The position numbers and the translations under genes are program-made. Below the pieces are notes generated by a model that was not told the origin of the DNA, ran no database searches, and saw nothing but the letters and a program-made list of their open reading frames with translations. Shown piece after piece: positions 31,008 to 41,220 of a stretch of DNA of 64,000 nt. Position 1 is the first letter of the stretch. Each line of letters starts with the position of its first letter. Source of the stretch: Corallococcus exiguus (GTDB taxonomy: Bacteria > Myxococcota > Myxococcia > Myxococcales > Myxococcaceae); NCBI RefSeq assembly GCF_013155175.1, contig NZ_JABJTS010000010.1, one strand, 5' to 3'.

Positions 31008-31163
31008 GAGGACCTCAGCGACAGGGAGGGTTTCCAGCAAGCGAGCGGGCAACGACGTTCCGTCAGGCCGGGCTGGAGGACGTGCGCGAGCATCCGTTCG
31101 GTCGCGAGCGCGGTCAACCGAATCCCGCTGGGGGTGCGTTGCGCGTGAACACCTGCCTCCGCC

Positions 31164-32693
31164 ATGCTCCCGTGCATGGAGACCCCCTCGCCGCTCGCGC
31201 AGCTGCTCCAGGCCCTGGACGCGGGGGACCTGGAGAAGGCACGGGTCGCGGCCGTGGCGCTGCAACGCGCCAACGCCCATACCCATCAGGTCGCCGCGGA
31301 GGTCCTCCATGAGCTGCGTCAGCCCCTCCTGGGCGCGAAGGCCTACGCCCAGCTGCTGGCCGAGGAAGGAGGCTCCAGCGGCCCGCTGAAGCTGCTGCTC
31401 GCGCAGGTGGAGCGGATGGAGCAGATTGTCTCCGACTTCATCCGCCTGGCCAGCGAGCGGCCGGCCCCGCAGCAGCGGCTGTCCCTGGCCGCGCCCATCT
31501 GGGCGGCGGCGAAGGTGTTCAGCGTCAACCCGGACTCGGCGCGCATCTCGCTGGAGGTGGAGGCCCCCGAGGACCTCACCATCCAGGGCAACGCGCGGCT
31601 GATTGAGCAGCTCACGCTCAACCTGCTCAACAACGCCCGCGACGCCATGTCCGGCCGGGGCCGCGTGAAGGTGACGCTCACGCGCGATGGCGCCTCCGCG
31701 GCCCTCTACGTTTCCGACTGGGGACCGGGCATCCCGGACGAGCTGAAGACGCGCATCTTCGAGCCCTACGTCTCCGCCAGCAAACGCGGCACGGGCCTGG
31801 GGCTCGCCGTCTGTCGTCGCATCGCGCAGGAGCACCACGCGCAGGTTGCCCTGGTGCCGCCCACGACGCTGCGCGAGGTGCCGCCCCCGGCCACGGTGTT
31901 CCGCGTGCTCTTCCCGCCCACGGACGCGCCGCGCCCGCCGCGCAAGCGCCTGCTGGTGGTGGACGACGAGGGCATCATCCGGATGGTCTTCAAGGACCTG
32001 ATGGACAAGGAGTGCGAAGTCATTGAAGCGGCCACGGGCGAGGCCGCGCTCGAAATCCTCCGCTCGTCGCGCGTGGACCTCATCGTCACGGACAAGAACC
32101 TGCCCGGAATCTCCGGCCTGGAGCTGGCCCAGCACGCGAGGAAGCTGGACCCCGCGTCGCGCGTCATCCTGATGACGGGCTACCCCTCGCTGGTGACGAC
32201 GCAGCAGGCGCTGCAGCTGGGCCTGGTGGACTACCTGCTCAAGCCCTTCGACGACATCCGACAGGTGCGCGCGCTGCTGCGGCAGGCGCTGTACACGCCG
32301 GCCGCGCCGCCTGTCCCCGCCCCCAGCGCTGGCGTGCGCCGGGTGGACGTGCTGGAGGACAACCCGGCCACCGCGCGGCTGATTTCAGAGGCGCTGACGC
32401 TGCTGGGCCTGGAGGCGCGCGTCGTCGCGGGCGCGGAGGTGGCCACCATGGATCCGCCCGTGGGCGTGGTGGTGTCTTGGGACTTCGCGCCGGCCTACGG
32501 CAAGAAGGCGCTGGAGCTGGCCCGGGCCCTGAGCCAGGGCGCGCCCTTCGTCGTCCTGGCCGAGCACCTCACCATGGACACGGCGCTGGCGTCGCTGCGC
32601 GCCGGGGCCGCCGCGTGCCTGCCCAAGCTGCTCTCCGACACCACGGCGCTCAGCCGCGAGCTGGGCCTGGCCTTCAAGAAGACCGCTTCCTGA
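31164..32693 (+). CDS. Hybrid sensor histidine kinase (HisKA + HATPase_c + receiver domain[s])
   Basis: H-box 'LHELRQPLLGAKAYAQLL'. N/G boxes 'LNLLNNARDA…DWGPGIP…GTGLGLAV'. Receiver 'LLVVDDEGIIRMVFKDLM…DLIVTDKNLPGISGLEL…KPF'. Confidence 0.85.
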   Translation: MLPCMETPSPLAQLLQALDAGDLEKARVAAVALQRANAHTHQVAAEVLHELRQPLLGAKAYAQLLAEEGGSSGPLKLLLAQVERMEQIVSDFIRLASERPAPQQRLSLAAPIWAAAKVFSVNPDSARISLEVEAPEDLTIQGNARLIEQLTLNLLNNARDAMSGRGRVKVTLTRDGASAALYVSDWGPGIPDELKTRIFEPYVSASKRGTGLGLAVCRRIAQEHHAQVALVPPTTLREVPPPATVFRVLFPPTDAPRPPRKRLLVVDDEGIIRMVFKDLMDKECEVIEAATGEAALEILRSSRVDLIVTDKNLPGISGLELAQHARKLDPASRVILMTGYPSLVTTQQALQLGLVDYLLKPFDDIRQVRALLRQALYTPAAPPVPAPSAGVRRVDVLEDNPATARLISEALTLLGLEARVVAGAEVATMDPPVGVVVSWDFAPAYGKKALELARALSQGAPFVVLAEHLTMDTALASLRAGAAACLPKLLSDTTALSRELGLAFKKTAS

Positions 32694-32700
32694 AAAAGAC

Positions 32701-32745
32701 TCCGGCCCCGGGCGCCCCGCTTTCGCGGAGCCCACCGGGGCCGGA
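32701..32745. terminator. Bidirectional hairpin between convergent hybrid-HK and groEL genes
   Basis: TCCGGCCCCGG…(23 nt)…CCGGGGCCGGA inverted repeat, flanked by AAAAAGA. Confidence 0.45.
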
Positions 32746-32778
32746 AACCCTACGAAGCTACGGAGCCGTCAAGTCGGC

Positions 32779-34470
<1,692 letters not shown>

Positions 34471-34601
34471 TTAGCACTCGGCCATGTCGAGCGCCAACAT
34501 AAGGGCCGCATCGACGATGTCAACGGAAAGGGGCAGACGTGTGGGCCTGAGGACGCCTACTGGCCCGCCCGGGTGGGGGGCCCGGGCTGCCCGGGAAGGC
34601 C

Positions 34602-34958
34602 CTACTCCGCGAAGCGCACGAGGTTGAGCAGCTGCCCCATGTCCAGGGGCTTCTGCAGGGTGATGGCGACGCCCTTGCGCAGGCCCCGGTCGGAGATGTT
34701 GGCGTCCGTGCTGGCGGTCATCATCAGGACGGAGATGCGCTGGAAGCGGGGATCCGCCTTCAGCATCTCCGTGAAGTGGATGCCGTCCAGGTGGGGCATC
34801 AGGTAGTCGGTGATGACCAGCCCCACGGGGTGACGCTCCATGATGTCCAGGGCCTGGAGCGCGTCCGACGCCGAGAACACGGTGTAGCCATGCATCTCCA
34901 GGTAGCGAGAGAGCATGGTGCACAGCTCGTAATCGTCGTCGACGACCAGGATGTTCAC
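34602..34958 (-). CDS. Single-domain CheY-like response regulator
   Basis: 118 aa. 'ILVVDDDYELCTMLSRYL…VITDYLMPHLDGIHF…KP' receiver with conserved D/D/K. Confidence 0.85.
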   Translation of the reverse strand: MNILVVDDDYELCTMLSRYLEMHGYTVFSASDALQALDIMERHPVGLVITDYLMPHLDGIHFTEMLKADPRFQRISVLMMTASTDANISDRGLRKGVAITLQKPLDMGQLLNLVRFAE

Positions 34959-35046
34959 GGGGTTCGGGCCGAAACGGGGCGCTGGAAGGTAACAGCGACG
35001 CCGGTCGTTGACAACGCGAAGGACGGCTTCTTAGCTGCCGGCCCGA

Positions 35047-36120
35047 ATGGCGAAGCGCATGGCGAAGCAAGGGGAGGCGCGGGACATGGACGCGCGGCTG
35101 GAGGGAGTCGCGGACGCCTTCGAGGCGAGGGACTTCGAGGCCGCGCTCACCAGCGCCGACGCCCTGCTCCGGGACGTTCCGGACTCACCAGAAGCCCTGC
35201 ACTACCGGGCCGCCGCGCTGGTGGAGGTGGGACGCCTGGAGGACGCGGGCAAGGCCTATGGCGCCGCCCTCAAGATGGCCCCGGAAGACCTGGAGATCCT
35301 CTTCGGCGCGGCGGAATTCCTCGTGTGCCGCACCGGCGAGGACCGCGAGGCGGTGGAGGAAGGGCTGGAGTGGTGCGGCCGCGGGCGGAAGCTGGCGCAG
35401 CGGGCCGATGACGTGGAGCTCGTCTACGAGTTCCTCCTCCTGGAGGGCATGGGCCTCAACCAGTTGGGGGAATGCGAGTCCGCGCTGAAAATCCTGGACC
35501 AGGCGCTGACGCACATGCCGCGCTCGACGGACGCGCAGCTGGAGCGGGGCATCGCGCTGTTCGAGTTGTGCCGCTTCGCGCCCGCGCAGGAGGCCTTCGA
35601 GCGGGTGTTGAAGGACGCGCCGGACGAGGCCTGGGCGCACCACTACCTGGGGCTGGTCGCGGAGCGGCGCCAGGATGCGAAGGAGGCGAAGAAGCGCTTC
35701 TCCCGGGCGCAGGCGCTGGCCCCGGAGGAGCTGCCGCCGCCGGTGGCGCTGGAGGAGGCGGCGTTCGACCGCGCGGTGGAGGACGCGATGCGCGCCCTGC
35801 CCTCCCAGGTGAAGCAGTACATGGACAACGTGACGCTGGCGGTGGAGGACCTGCCGTCGGATGAGGACCTGCTGGGTCAGCAGCCGCCACTGTCACCGTG
35901 CATCCTGGGGGTGTTCCGGGGCACGCCCGTGGGCGAGCGCAGCGTGATGGACGCGGCGGATCACTTCCCGCCCTCCATCGTGCTGTACCAGAAGAACCTG
36001 GAGCGCTTCGCGCGCACCCGCGAGGAACTCATCGAACAGATTGGCATCACGGTGATGCACGAAGTCGGTCACTTGATGGGTCTGGATGAAGACGACCTGT
36101 GGGAGCGGGGGCTGGACTAG
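35047..36120 (+). CDS. TPR-repeat protein with C-terminal zincin-like metallopeptidase domain
   Basis: TPR-like helical repeats in the N-terminal 220 aa. C-terminal 'ITVMHEVGHLMGLDEDDLWERG' (HExxH-type 'possible Zn metallopeptidase' family). Confidence 0.7.
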   Translation: MAKRMAKQGEARDMDARLEGVADAFEARDFEAALTSADALLRDVPDSPEALHYRAAALVEVGRLEDAGKAYGAALKMAPEDLEILFGAAEFLVCRTGEDREAVEEGLEWCGRGRKLAQRADDVELVYEFLLLEGMGLNQLGECESALKILDQALTHMPRSTDAQLERGIALFELCRFAPAQEAFERVLKDAPDEAWAHHYLGLVAERRQDAKEAKKRFSRAQALAPEELPPPVALEEAAFDRAVEDAMRALPSQVKQYMDNVTLAVEDLPSDEDLLGQQPPLSPCILGVFRGTPVGERSVMDAADHFPPSIVLYQKNLERFARTREELIEQIGITVMHEVGHLMGLDEDDLWERGLD

Positions 36121-36140
36121 CGCCGTTCTCCCCTGCCCTG

Positions 36141-36443
36141 ATGCGCGCCATGCATGCATGGACGAAGCTGGGGCTGATGGCGGTGCTGGGTCTGACGGGC
36201 TGTCTGGGCGACGACGACGAGGAGCCGCGCACGTGTCCGCAGGTGGTGGTGTTCGCGCGCTCGGACAGCGAGACGTGCCAGTCCTTCCCGACGCCGTGTG
36301 ACGTGCCGGAGGGGTACGTCGAGTGCTGCGGCGGCCTCTTCGGGGGCTGCGCGGGGAACGTGTCCGGAAACACCTGCGTGGATGATCCGTCCGACACGTG
36401 CCAGCCCGGGGGCAGCGCGGACTGCCCGGGCATCTGCCAGTAG
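36141..36443 (+). CDS. Small Cys-rich lipoprotein
   Basis: Lipobox LGLTGC. 12 Cys in about 75 mature residues. Start chosen at ATG 36141 (MRAMHAW); an alternative at 36150. Confidence 0.45.
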   Translation: MRAMHAWTKLGLMAVLGLTGCLGDDDEEPRTCPQVVVFARSDSETCQSFPTPCDVPEGYVECCGGLFGGCAGNVSGNTCVDDPSDTCQPGGSADCPGICQ

Positions 36444-36448
36444 GCGTC

Positions 36449-38848
36449 TCAGGCGGCGCGAGAGCCCTTGTCCTCGAAGTAGGCGCGGCGGGCGCGGGCG
36501 CAGGTGGGGCACTGCCACTGCACCAGGGTGAGGTGGCGGTCGCCCAGGACGACGGCCTCGTGGCGGAGCGACTCCCGTGGGGCCTCGCTGGTGGCTCCGC
36601 AGGCGCAGCGCAGCCGGCCCAGCGTGGAGAGCAGCTCCTGAGGGCTGGTGATGGGGATGGCGGACCCGGCGCTGTCGCCCCGGTGGTCCGCGTCGAACTT
36701 GCGTGCGAAGGCGCGGCGCCGGCCCCAGGCGCGGCCCTTGCGCCAGAGCGCCACCGGGCCGCCCTGCGCGATGACGAACCACAGCACGAGGCACGTCGTG
36801 ATGACGCCCAGGAGGATGGCACCCGCCTCGCCGGACGGAACGGACGAGGCCTGGTGGCGGGCGGCCCGGCTCCTGAGTTGGATGGCGTAGCCGCGCTGGG
36901 CCTCGGTGGCGCGCACGGCCTTCACGTACTCGGCGATGCGCTCGGGCGGGACCGAGTCCGCGGTGCTGCGGTAGCTGTAGTCGAGCAGCAGCGTCTTGCC
37001 TTCGGCGCGGGTGTCGGCCACGAAGCGGAAGGCCGGACCGTCCACGACCTCGTACTCCGTTTTGACAGGGGGCAGCTCGCCGGCCTTCAGCGTGATGCGG
37101 TGGCGGGCGAAGACGGGGTGCTCCACCTCCAGCGGGAAGGCGCGGTGGGAGTAGTTCGGCACGGCGAGGTGCTGGCGGAGGCCATGCGCGCGGAACTCCC
37201 GGCGACCGTCCGAGGTCCAGAAGTCCTCGATGCGGTAGTGCTCTTGCGTGACGAGCACGTTCGTCACGGTGTCGTCGTCCACCGACATGGGCTTCGCGAT
37301 GGAGATGTCCGCGTCCGTCTTCGCGTAGTAGTTGAAGTAGAGGCGGGACACCTCGGACAGGGACGTGCCCGCGAGCGCGCGGCGCATGGAGTTGGCGTCC
37401 GCCCCCGTGCGCGTGGTGACGACGTCGAGTGTCGCGGCCCCGTCGCGGCCCATCGCGACGTAGGTCTCGTCCACGAAGAGGGAGGGCTCCGTCAGCGTGG
37501 GCGTGGGGATGACGGAGAGCGCCGTGGTGGCGGGGGCGACAAGGAGGGCCCGGCCGTAGGAGGGCGGTTCGTAGCTTTCCAGCCCGCCGCGCTCCAGCGT
37601 CGCCGTGGGGTCCACCCACAGCTCGCGGCCGGCCACGGTGGCGTGGACGATGACGTGGTTGAACGCGGTGGCGGTGGGACGCAAGCCGTCCAGCAGCTGC
37701 GTGAGGTCCGTGCTCACGAGCGCCGGCTGCGCGTCGATGCCCAGCCCCTTGAGGAGCGATACCAAGAGGAGCGACTTGTCCTTGCAGTCGCCGAAGCGGC
37801 GCTGGAGGACCTCGTCGGGCGGATGGGGCTGGTGGGAGTTGGGGCCCATCTCGATGCCCAGGTAGCGCACCTCGTCCTGGACGAAGCGAAGCGCGGCGAG
37901 GAAGCGCGCCTCAGGGGTCGGCTCCTTCGACAGCCGGCGGACCTCCTGTTCCAGCGACTTCGAGCGGGCGGGCACCTGGAACAGCGTGGAGGCCCAGCGC
38001 GCGACGTCGTTCCAGTCCTTGTATTCGCTGAACTGGATCCACGGGTAGACGGGCTGCCAGCCGGGGACGTTGTCCTCGTGGCGGACCGCGGGCACGTGGT
38101 GGCGCTCCAGGATGATTTCACGCTCGCCGTTCAGCATCGACTCCGAGCGCGACAGGCCCGGCGCGGCGAAGTCCCGGATGAAGAGCGTGCGACCCCGCCC
38201 TTCCGGCCACAGCAGCCGGTAGGCGAAGTGGACCACGGGATAGGAATGGCCCACGCCGACGACGTCGGAGAAGCGGCCGCCAAAGACGGGGTTGGCGCCT
38301 TCGAAGGAGTACGCGACCTCCACGGTGTCGCCCACCCGCACGTCGTGGAGGAAGGGCACCACGGAGAGGTTGCCGTTGTAGAGCCGGTTCTGGAGCTCGG
38401 TCTCCTGCTGGATGACCCGGGCCTCGGCGGGCTGGAAGACGTCCTCGCGGCGGCCGTCGCGGATGCGCCAGATGCCGTGGACGGTGAGCTTCTGGTACGT
38501 CGGATCGAAGCGGAACTGGATGTCCGTGACGCGGTCGATGCCCCGCGGCGAGAGGACCTTCTGGGCCGAGTGCAGGTAGTGCACGCGCGATGGGCCGGAC
38601 ACGCGCACCTGTTCCTCGATCAGCAGCTGGGAGACGCTGGTCTCCTCCTCGCCCTCGGGAGTCGGGCCGGGGTCTGGAGGAATGGGAAGCGGCTTCACCC
38701 ACGCGGCGGGAGGCCCGACGCGGAACGGCCTGGCGTTCGTCGCCGCCGGTGCTGCCCGGGCGATCAAGGACAGACACAGACACAGCAGCAGGACGAGCGC
38801 CGGCGGGAAGCCCGGTGCCAGGGGGACGGAACGGAAGGTTCGGCGCAT
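36449..38848 (-). CDS. Transglutaminase-like (DUF3857/DUF3858-type) secreted protein with C-terminal TM segment and Cys4 zinc-ribbon-like tail
   Basis: Signal peptide (ATG 38848, MRRTFRSVPLAPGFPPALVLLLCLCLSLIARA). TGase-like core 'RFGDCKDKSLLLVSLLKGLGIDA…HVIVHA…WVDPT'. C-terminal 'LLGVITTCLVLWFVIA' TM then 'CACGA…CPTCARARRAYF'. Confidence 0.75.
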   Translation of the reverse strand: MRRTFRSVPLAPGFPPALVLLLCLCLSLIARAAPAATNARPFRVGPPAAWVKPLPIPPDPGPTPEGEEETSVSQLLIEEQVRVSGPSRVHYLHSAQKVLSPRGIDRVTDIQFRFDPTYQKLTVHGIWRIRDGRREDVFQPAEARVIQQETELQNRLYNGNLSVVPFLHDVRVGDTVEVAYSFEGANPVFGGRFSDVVGVGHSYPVVHFAYRLLWPEGRGRTLFIRDFAAPGLSRSESMLNGEREIILERHHVPAVRHEDNVPGWQPVYPWIQFSEYKDWNDVARWASTLFQVPARSKSLEQEVRRLSKEPTPEARFLAALRFVQDEVRYLGIEMGPNSHQPHPPDEVLQRRFGDCKDKSLLLVSLLKGLGIDAQPALVSTDLTQLLDGLRPTATAFNHVIVHATVAGRELWVDPTATLERGGLESYEPPSYGRALLVAPATTALSVIPTPTLTEPSLFVDETYVAMGRDGAATLDVVTTRTGADANSMRRALAGTSLSEVSRLYFNYYAKTDADISIAKPMSVDDDTVTNVLVTQEHYRIEDFWTSDGRREFRAHGLRQHLAVPNYSHRAFPLEVEHPVFARHRITLKAGELPPVKTEYEVVDGPAFRFVADTRAEGKTLLLDYSYRSTADSVPPERIAEYVKAVRATEAQRGYAIQLRSRAARHQASSVPSGEAGAILLGVITTCLVLWFVIAQGGPVALWRKGRAWGRRRAFARKFDADHRGDSAGSAIPITSPQELLSTLGRLRCACGATSEAPRESLRHEAVVLGDRHLTLVQWQCPTCARARRAYFEDKGSRAA

Positions 38849-39026
38849 GGCGGAAGGGCGCACATCATGGAGCCCGGATGACGCGCCGGGCAAGGCGCCC
38901 CCTGGGACACCGGGCGAGCGGCCCCGCTTCATTCACCAGTGAAAACCGTCATGCAGGCCAAGCCTGGAATCGCCGTGACACGGGCTAGGGTTCCGGCCAT
39001 CGGGTGGACGGCCCAGGAGGCTGGCG

Positions 39027-39995
39027 ATGGTCAACGTGAGGCAGGTCGCGACGCGGCTGAAGAGTGCGTTCCTGGCGGACCCGGAGCGCTTCTATACGAA
39101 CGAGACAGGAGCCTGGGTGGCGGGGATGCCGGCGCCGAGCGACATCCGGGTGACGACGGGCCGGGAGCCCTTCTGGATCAACCTGGGCTACTGGAAGCAC
39201 GTGGAGAAGGTGGACGACTCCAACGTGGAGCGCGTGGGGGAGCTGTTCCGGTCCGCCCAGGCGGAGATGGCGCGCCTCCTGGCGAGGACCGCGAAGCTGG
39301 GGCCCGGGGATGCCGTCTTGGACTGCGGCTTCGGGTACGCGGACCAGGACCTGCTGTGGGCGGAGGAGTTCAAGCCCGCGAGCATCGTCGGGGTGAACAT
39401 CACGCCGAACCAGGTGAAGGTGGGCCGGGAGCGCGTGAAGCTGACGGGGCTGGAGGGCGTGGTCCGGCTGGAGGTGGGGAGCGCGACGGCGCTGCCGGGA
39501 CCGGAGGGAGCGTTCGACGGGGTGTTCGCGCTGGAGTCCGCGATGCACTTCCGGATGCGGCAGGACTTCCTGCGCGAGGCCTTCCGGGTGCTGAAGCCGG
39601 GAGGCCGGCTGGTGATGGCGGACATGGCGCAGAAGACGGACCGTGAGGCTGGAGCAGGACTCCGAGCGCGGCTGCGCTACCGCTACTGGCGGGGGCTGAT
39701 TGCCTTCCCGGAGGAGAACGTCTGGTCGACGGAGCGCTACCGGGAGGAGCTGCGGCGGGCGGGGTTCCAGGACGTGAAGGTGGAGTCCATCGCGGAGGAT
39801 GTGTACCCGGCGGTGAACACGGCGCTGGTGGCGCTGCGGGGCATGACGCAGCTGGAGCGCAATCCAGGGAGCACGTCCCTGCACCAGGTGCGCGCGGACG
39901 TGCACAAGGCGATGCGGATGACACCGGAGCAGCTCCAGTGGCCCGCGCTGTTCAACTGCGATGAGTACGCCGTGGTGTCCGCGCGCAAGCCGTGA
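39027..39995 (+). CDS. Class I SAM-dependent methyltransferase
   Basis: Motif I 'VLDCGFGYADQD', motif post-I 'GVNI', 'LKPGGRLVMADM'. 322 aa. Confidence 0.85.
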   Translation: MVNVRQVATRLKSAFLADPERFYTNETGAWVAGMPAPSDIRVTTGREPFWINLGYWKHVEKVDDSNVERVGELFRSAQAEMARLLARTAKLGPGDAVLDCGFGYADQDLLWAEEFKPASIVGVNITPNQVKVGRERVKLTGLEGVVRLEVGSATALPGPEGAFDGVFALESAMHFRMRQDFLREAFRVLKPGGRLVMADMAQKTDREAGAGLRARLRYRYWRGLIAFPEENVWSTERYREELRRAGFQDVKVESIAEDVYPAVNTALVALRGMTQLERNPGSTSLHQVRADVHKAMRMTPEQLQWPALFNCDEYAVVSARKP

Positions 39996-40027
39996 CCGTG
40001 GTTGACGGACTGGGGCGGAGCGGCGGT

Positions 40028-40126
40028 AATCGGAAGCGGTAGGGCCTCCGGACCTGGTGGCCGGCCCGGTCTTCAAAACCGGTGAGGGGCTGCGAGAGCA
40101 GTCCCTGGCGAGTTCGATTCCCGTGC
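40028..40126 (+). tRNA. selC: tRNA-Sec (selenocysteine), anticodon UCA
   Basis: Hand-folded: 8-bp acceptor GGTAGGGC/GCCCTACC + discriminator G + encoded CCA. 6-bp D-stem (CCGG[A]CC/GGCCGG, one bulge) with 4-nt loop TGGT. Anticodon stem CCGGT/ACCGG with loop CTTCAAA (U33-UCA-A37). Long variable arm GGGGCTGC-GAGA-GCAGTCCC. T-arm GCGAG-TTCGATT-CCCGT (G·U plus one A·C mismatch). Collinear with E. coli selC layout (8/5 type). Confidence 0.8.
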
Positions 40127-40279
40127 CCTACCGCCAATACTTCCGAGGGGTTACGCCCCACCTGCCCTGTGGATACCGTACCCTGCTGCGTCCAGGCGCG
40201 TCCAGACCAGTCCACTCGACTGCGTTACCGCTGCGTTACTGCGCAGCAGGCAACGGCGAGGACTCAGCAACGGGCTCCC

Positions 40280-41194
40280 TTAGGGGAACATCACGTTGCC
40301 AAACACGACAGTACGCGACCCATCTTCCTCCCAGAGCTTGAGTGAGAAGGGCCCTCGGGTTGTTTCTGGTGAGGCCTCGGCTTCCACAACAACCCGACCG
40401 ACGTTTCCTCCTGGAATTGGCATTCGCTGCCATACGCGGATCACCTTCAACTCCACGCCAGCCTTGCCTTTGAGCGTTGCGCCCTTCGCGAGCCATGGCT
40501 GAGCCCCGGCCTTCACGTCCAACTTGATGTCCACCGCTACGCCCGTAGTGGAGCGATAGCTCGTGATGTAAGAGGCCGTCAGGTCACTCCCAGAGACTTG
40601 GGAGAACTCAAGGGTCACGACTTGCCCGGCCACACCACGCTCGTCCATTCCTCCGGTGGAGATCAGGCCCGCCAGCCCTCCCGGAGCATCGTGCTCGGCC
40701 ATCAGTCTTGCGTTCTCATTTTGGCAGCGAAGCAATTCCGCATGCGCCTCGCGGGCTTCCTGCTGGTACGTCTCAATCGTCCGCTTTCCGCGATAGACCT
40801 CAATGAGAGACTCGGCCTTTGCCGGATGGATCCGCAAAAGGAAGAATGCACTCAAGGGGGCTGCGCCATCCCTGAATCGCACGACCAGACGAAACCGCTC
40901 GCCTGGAGCTACACGCGACGAAGGCACCAGTCGGATTGTGGCTTGCCCCACATCCACCAGTGCAAAGCGATCTCGCCCCTCCAACTCGACACTGTCGCGC
41001 ATCAGGTCGGAATCGAAGAAGAGAGCCGTCGAGAGTCCAGAACTGATCGCGATCTCGGGGGCGACTTGAACATCGTCCGGCGACAATTCGATGCGTCGTG
41101 CGCCCGGCACCGACGCTGAACCCTCTGACTGAGCGACGGCCGTTTCGGCCACGAACAGCAGGCCCAGGAGCACGACGAAAGAAGAAGATGACAC
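40280..41194 (-). CDS. Secreted protein of a Myxococcales paralogous family that accompanies Ser/Thr kinases (DUF2381/TIGR02268-like)
   Basis: Signal peptide MSSSSFVVLLGLLFVAETAVAQS. About 300 aa. Immediately downstream of and co-oriented with a Ser/Thr kinase. Family assignment from memory of this gene-neighbourhood pattern and is not verifiable here. Confidence 0.5.
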   Translation of the reverse strand: MSSSSFVVLLGLLFVAETAVAQSEGSASVPGARRIELSPDDVQVAPEIAISSGLSTALFFDSDLMRDSVELEGRDRFALVDVGQATIRLVPSSRVAPGERFRLVVRFRDGAAPLSAFFLLRIHPAKAESLIEVYRGKRTIETYQQEAREAHAELLRCQNENARLMAEHDAPGGLAGLISTGGMDERGVAGQVVTLEFSQVSGSDLTASYITSYRSTTGVAVDIKLDVKAGAQPWLAKGATLKGKAGVELKVIRVWQRMPIPGGNVGRVVVEAEASPETTRGPFSLKLWEEDGSRTVVFGNVMFP

Positions 41195-41220
41195 TCGGCG
41201 ATTACTCCCAGGTGGTGCTG

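Noticed and set aside
30612-32135. 507-aa minus-strand ORF
   Set aside because: Only the final 131 codons (encapsulin cargo) are supported. The remainder is antisense to the hybrid histidine kinase.
40127-40279. Possible attachment site or integrase remnant immediately 3' of tRNA-Sec
   Set aside because: Only short direct repeats and a small hairpin are visible. No integrase ORF, and no copy of the tRNA 3' end was found elsewhere in the window. The prophage is separated from it by host-like genes.
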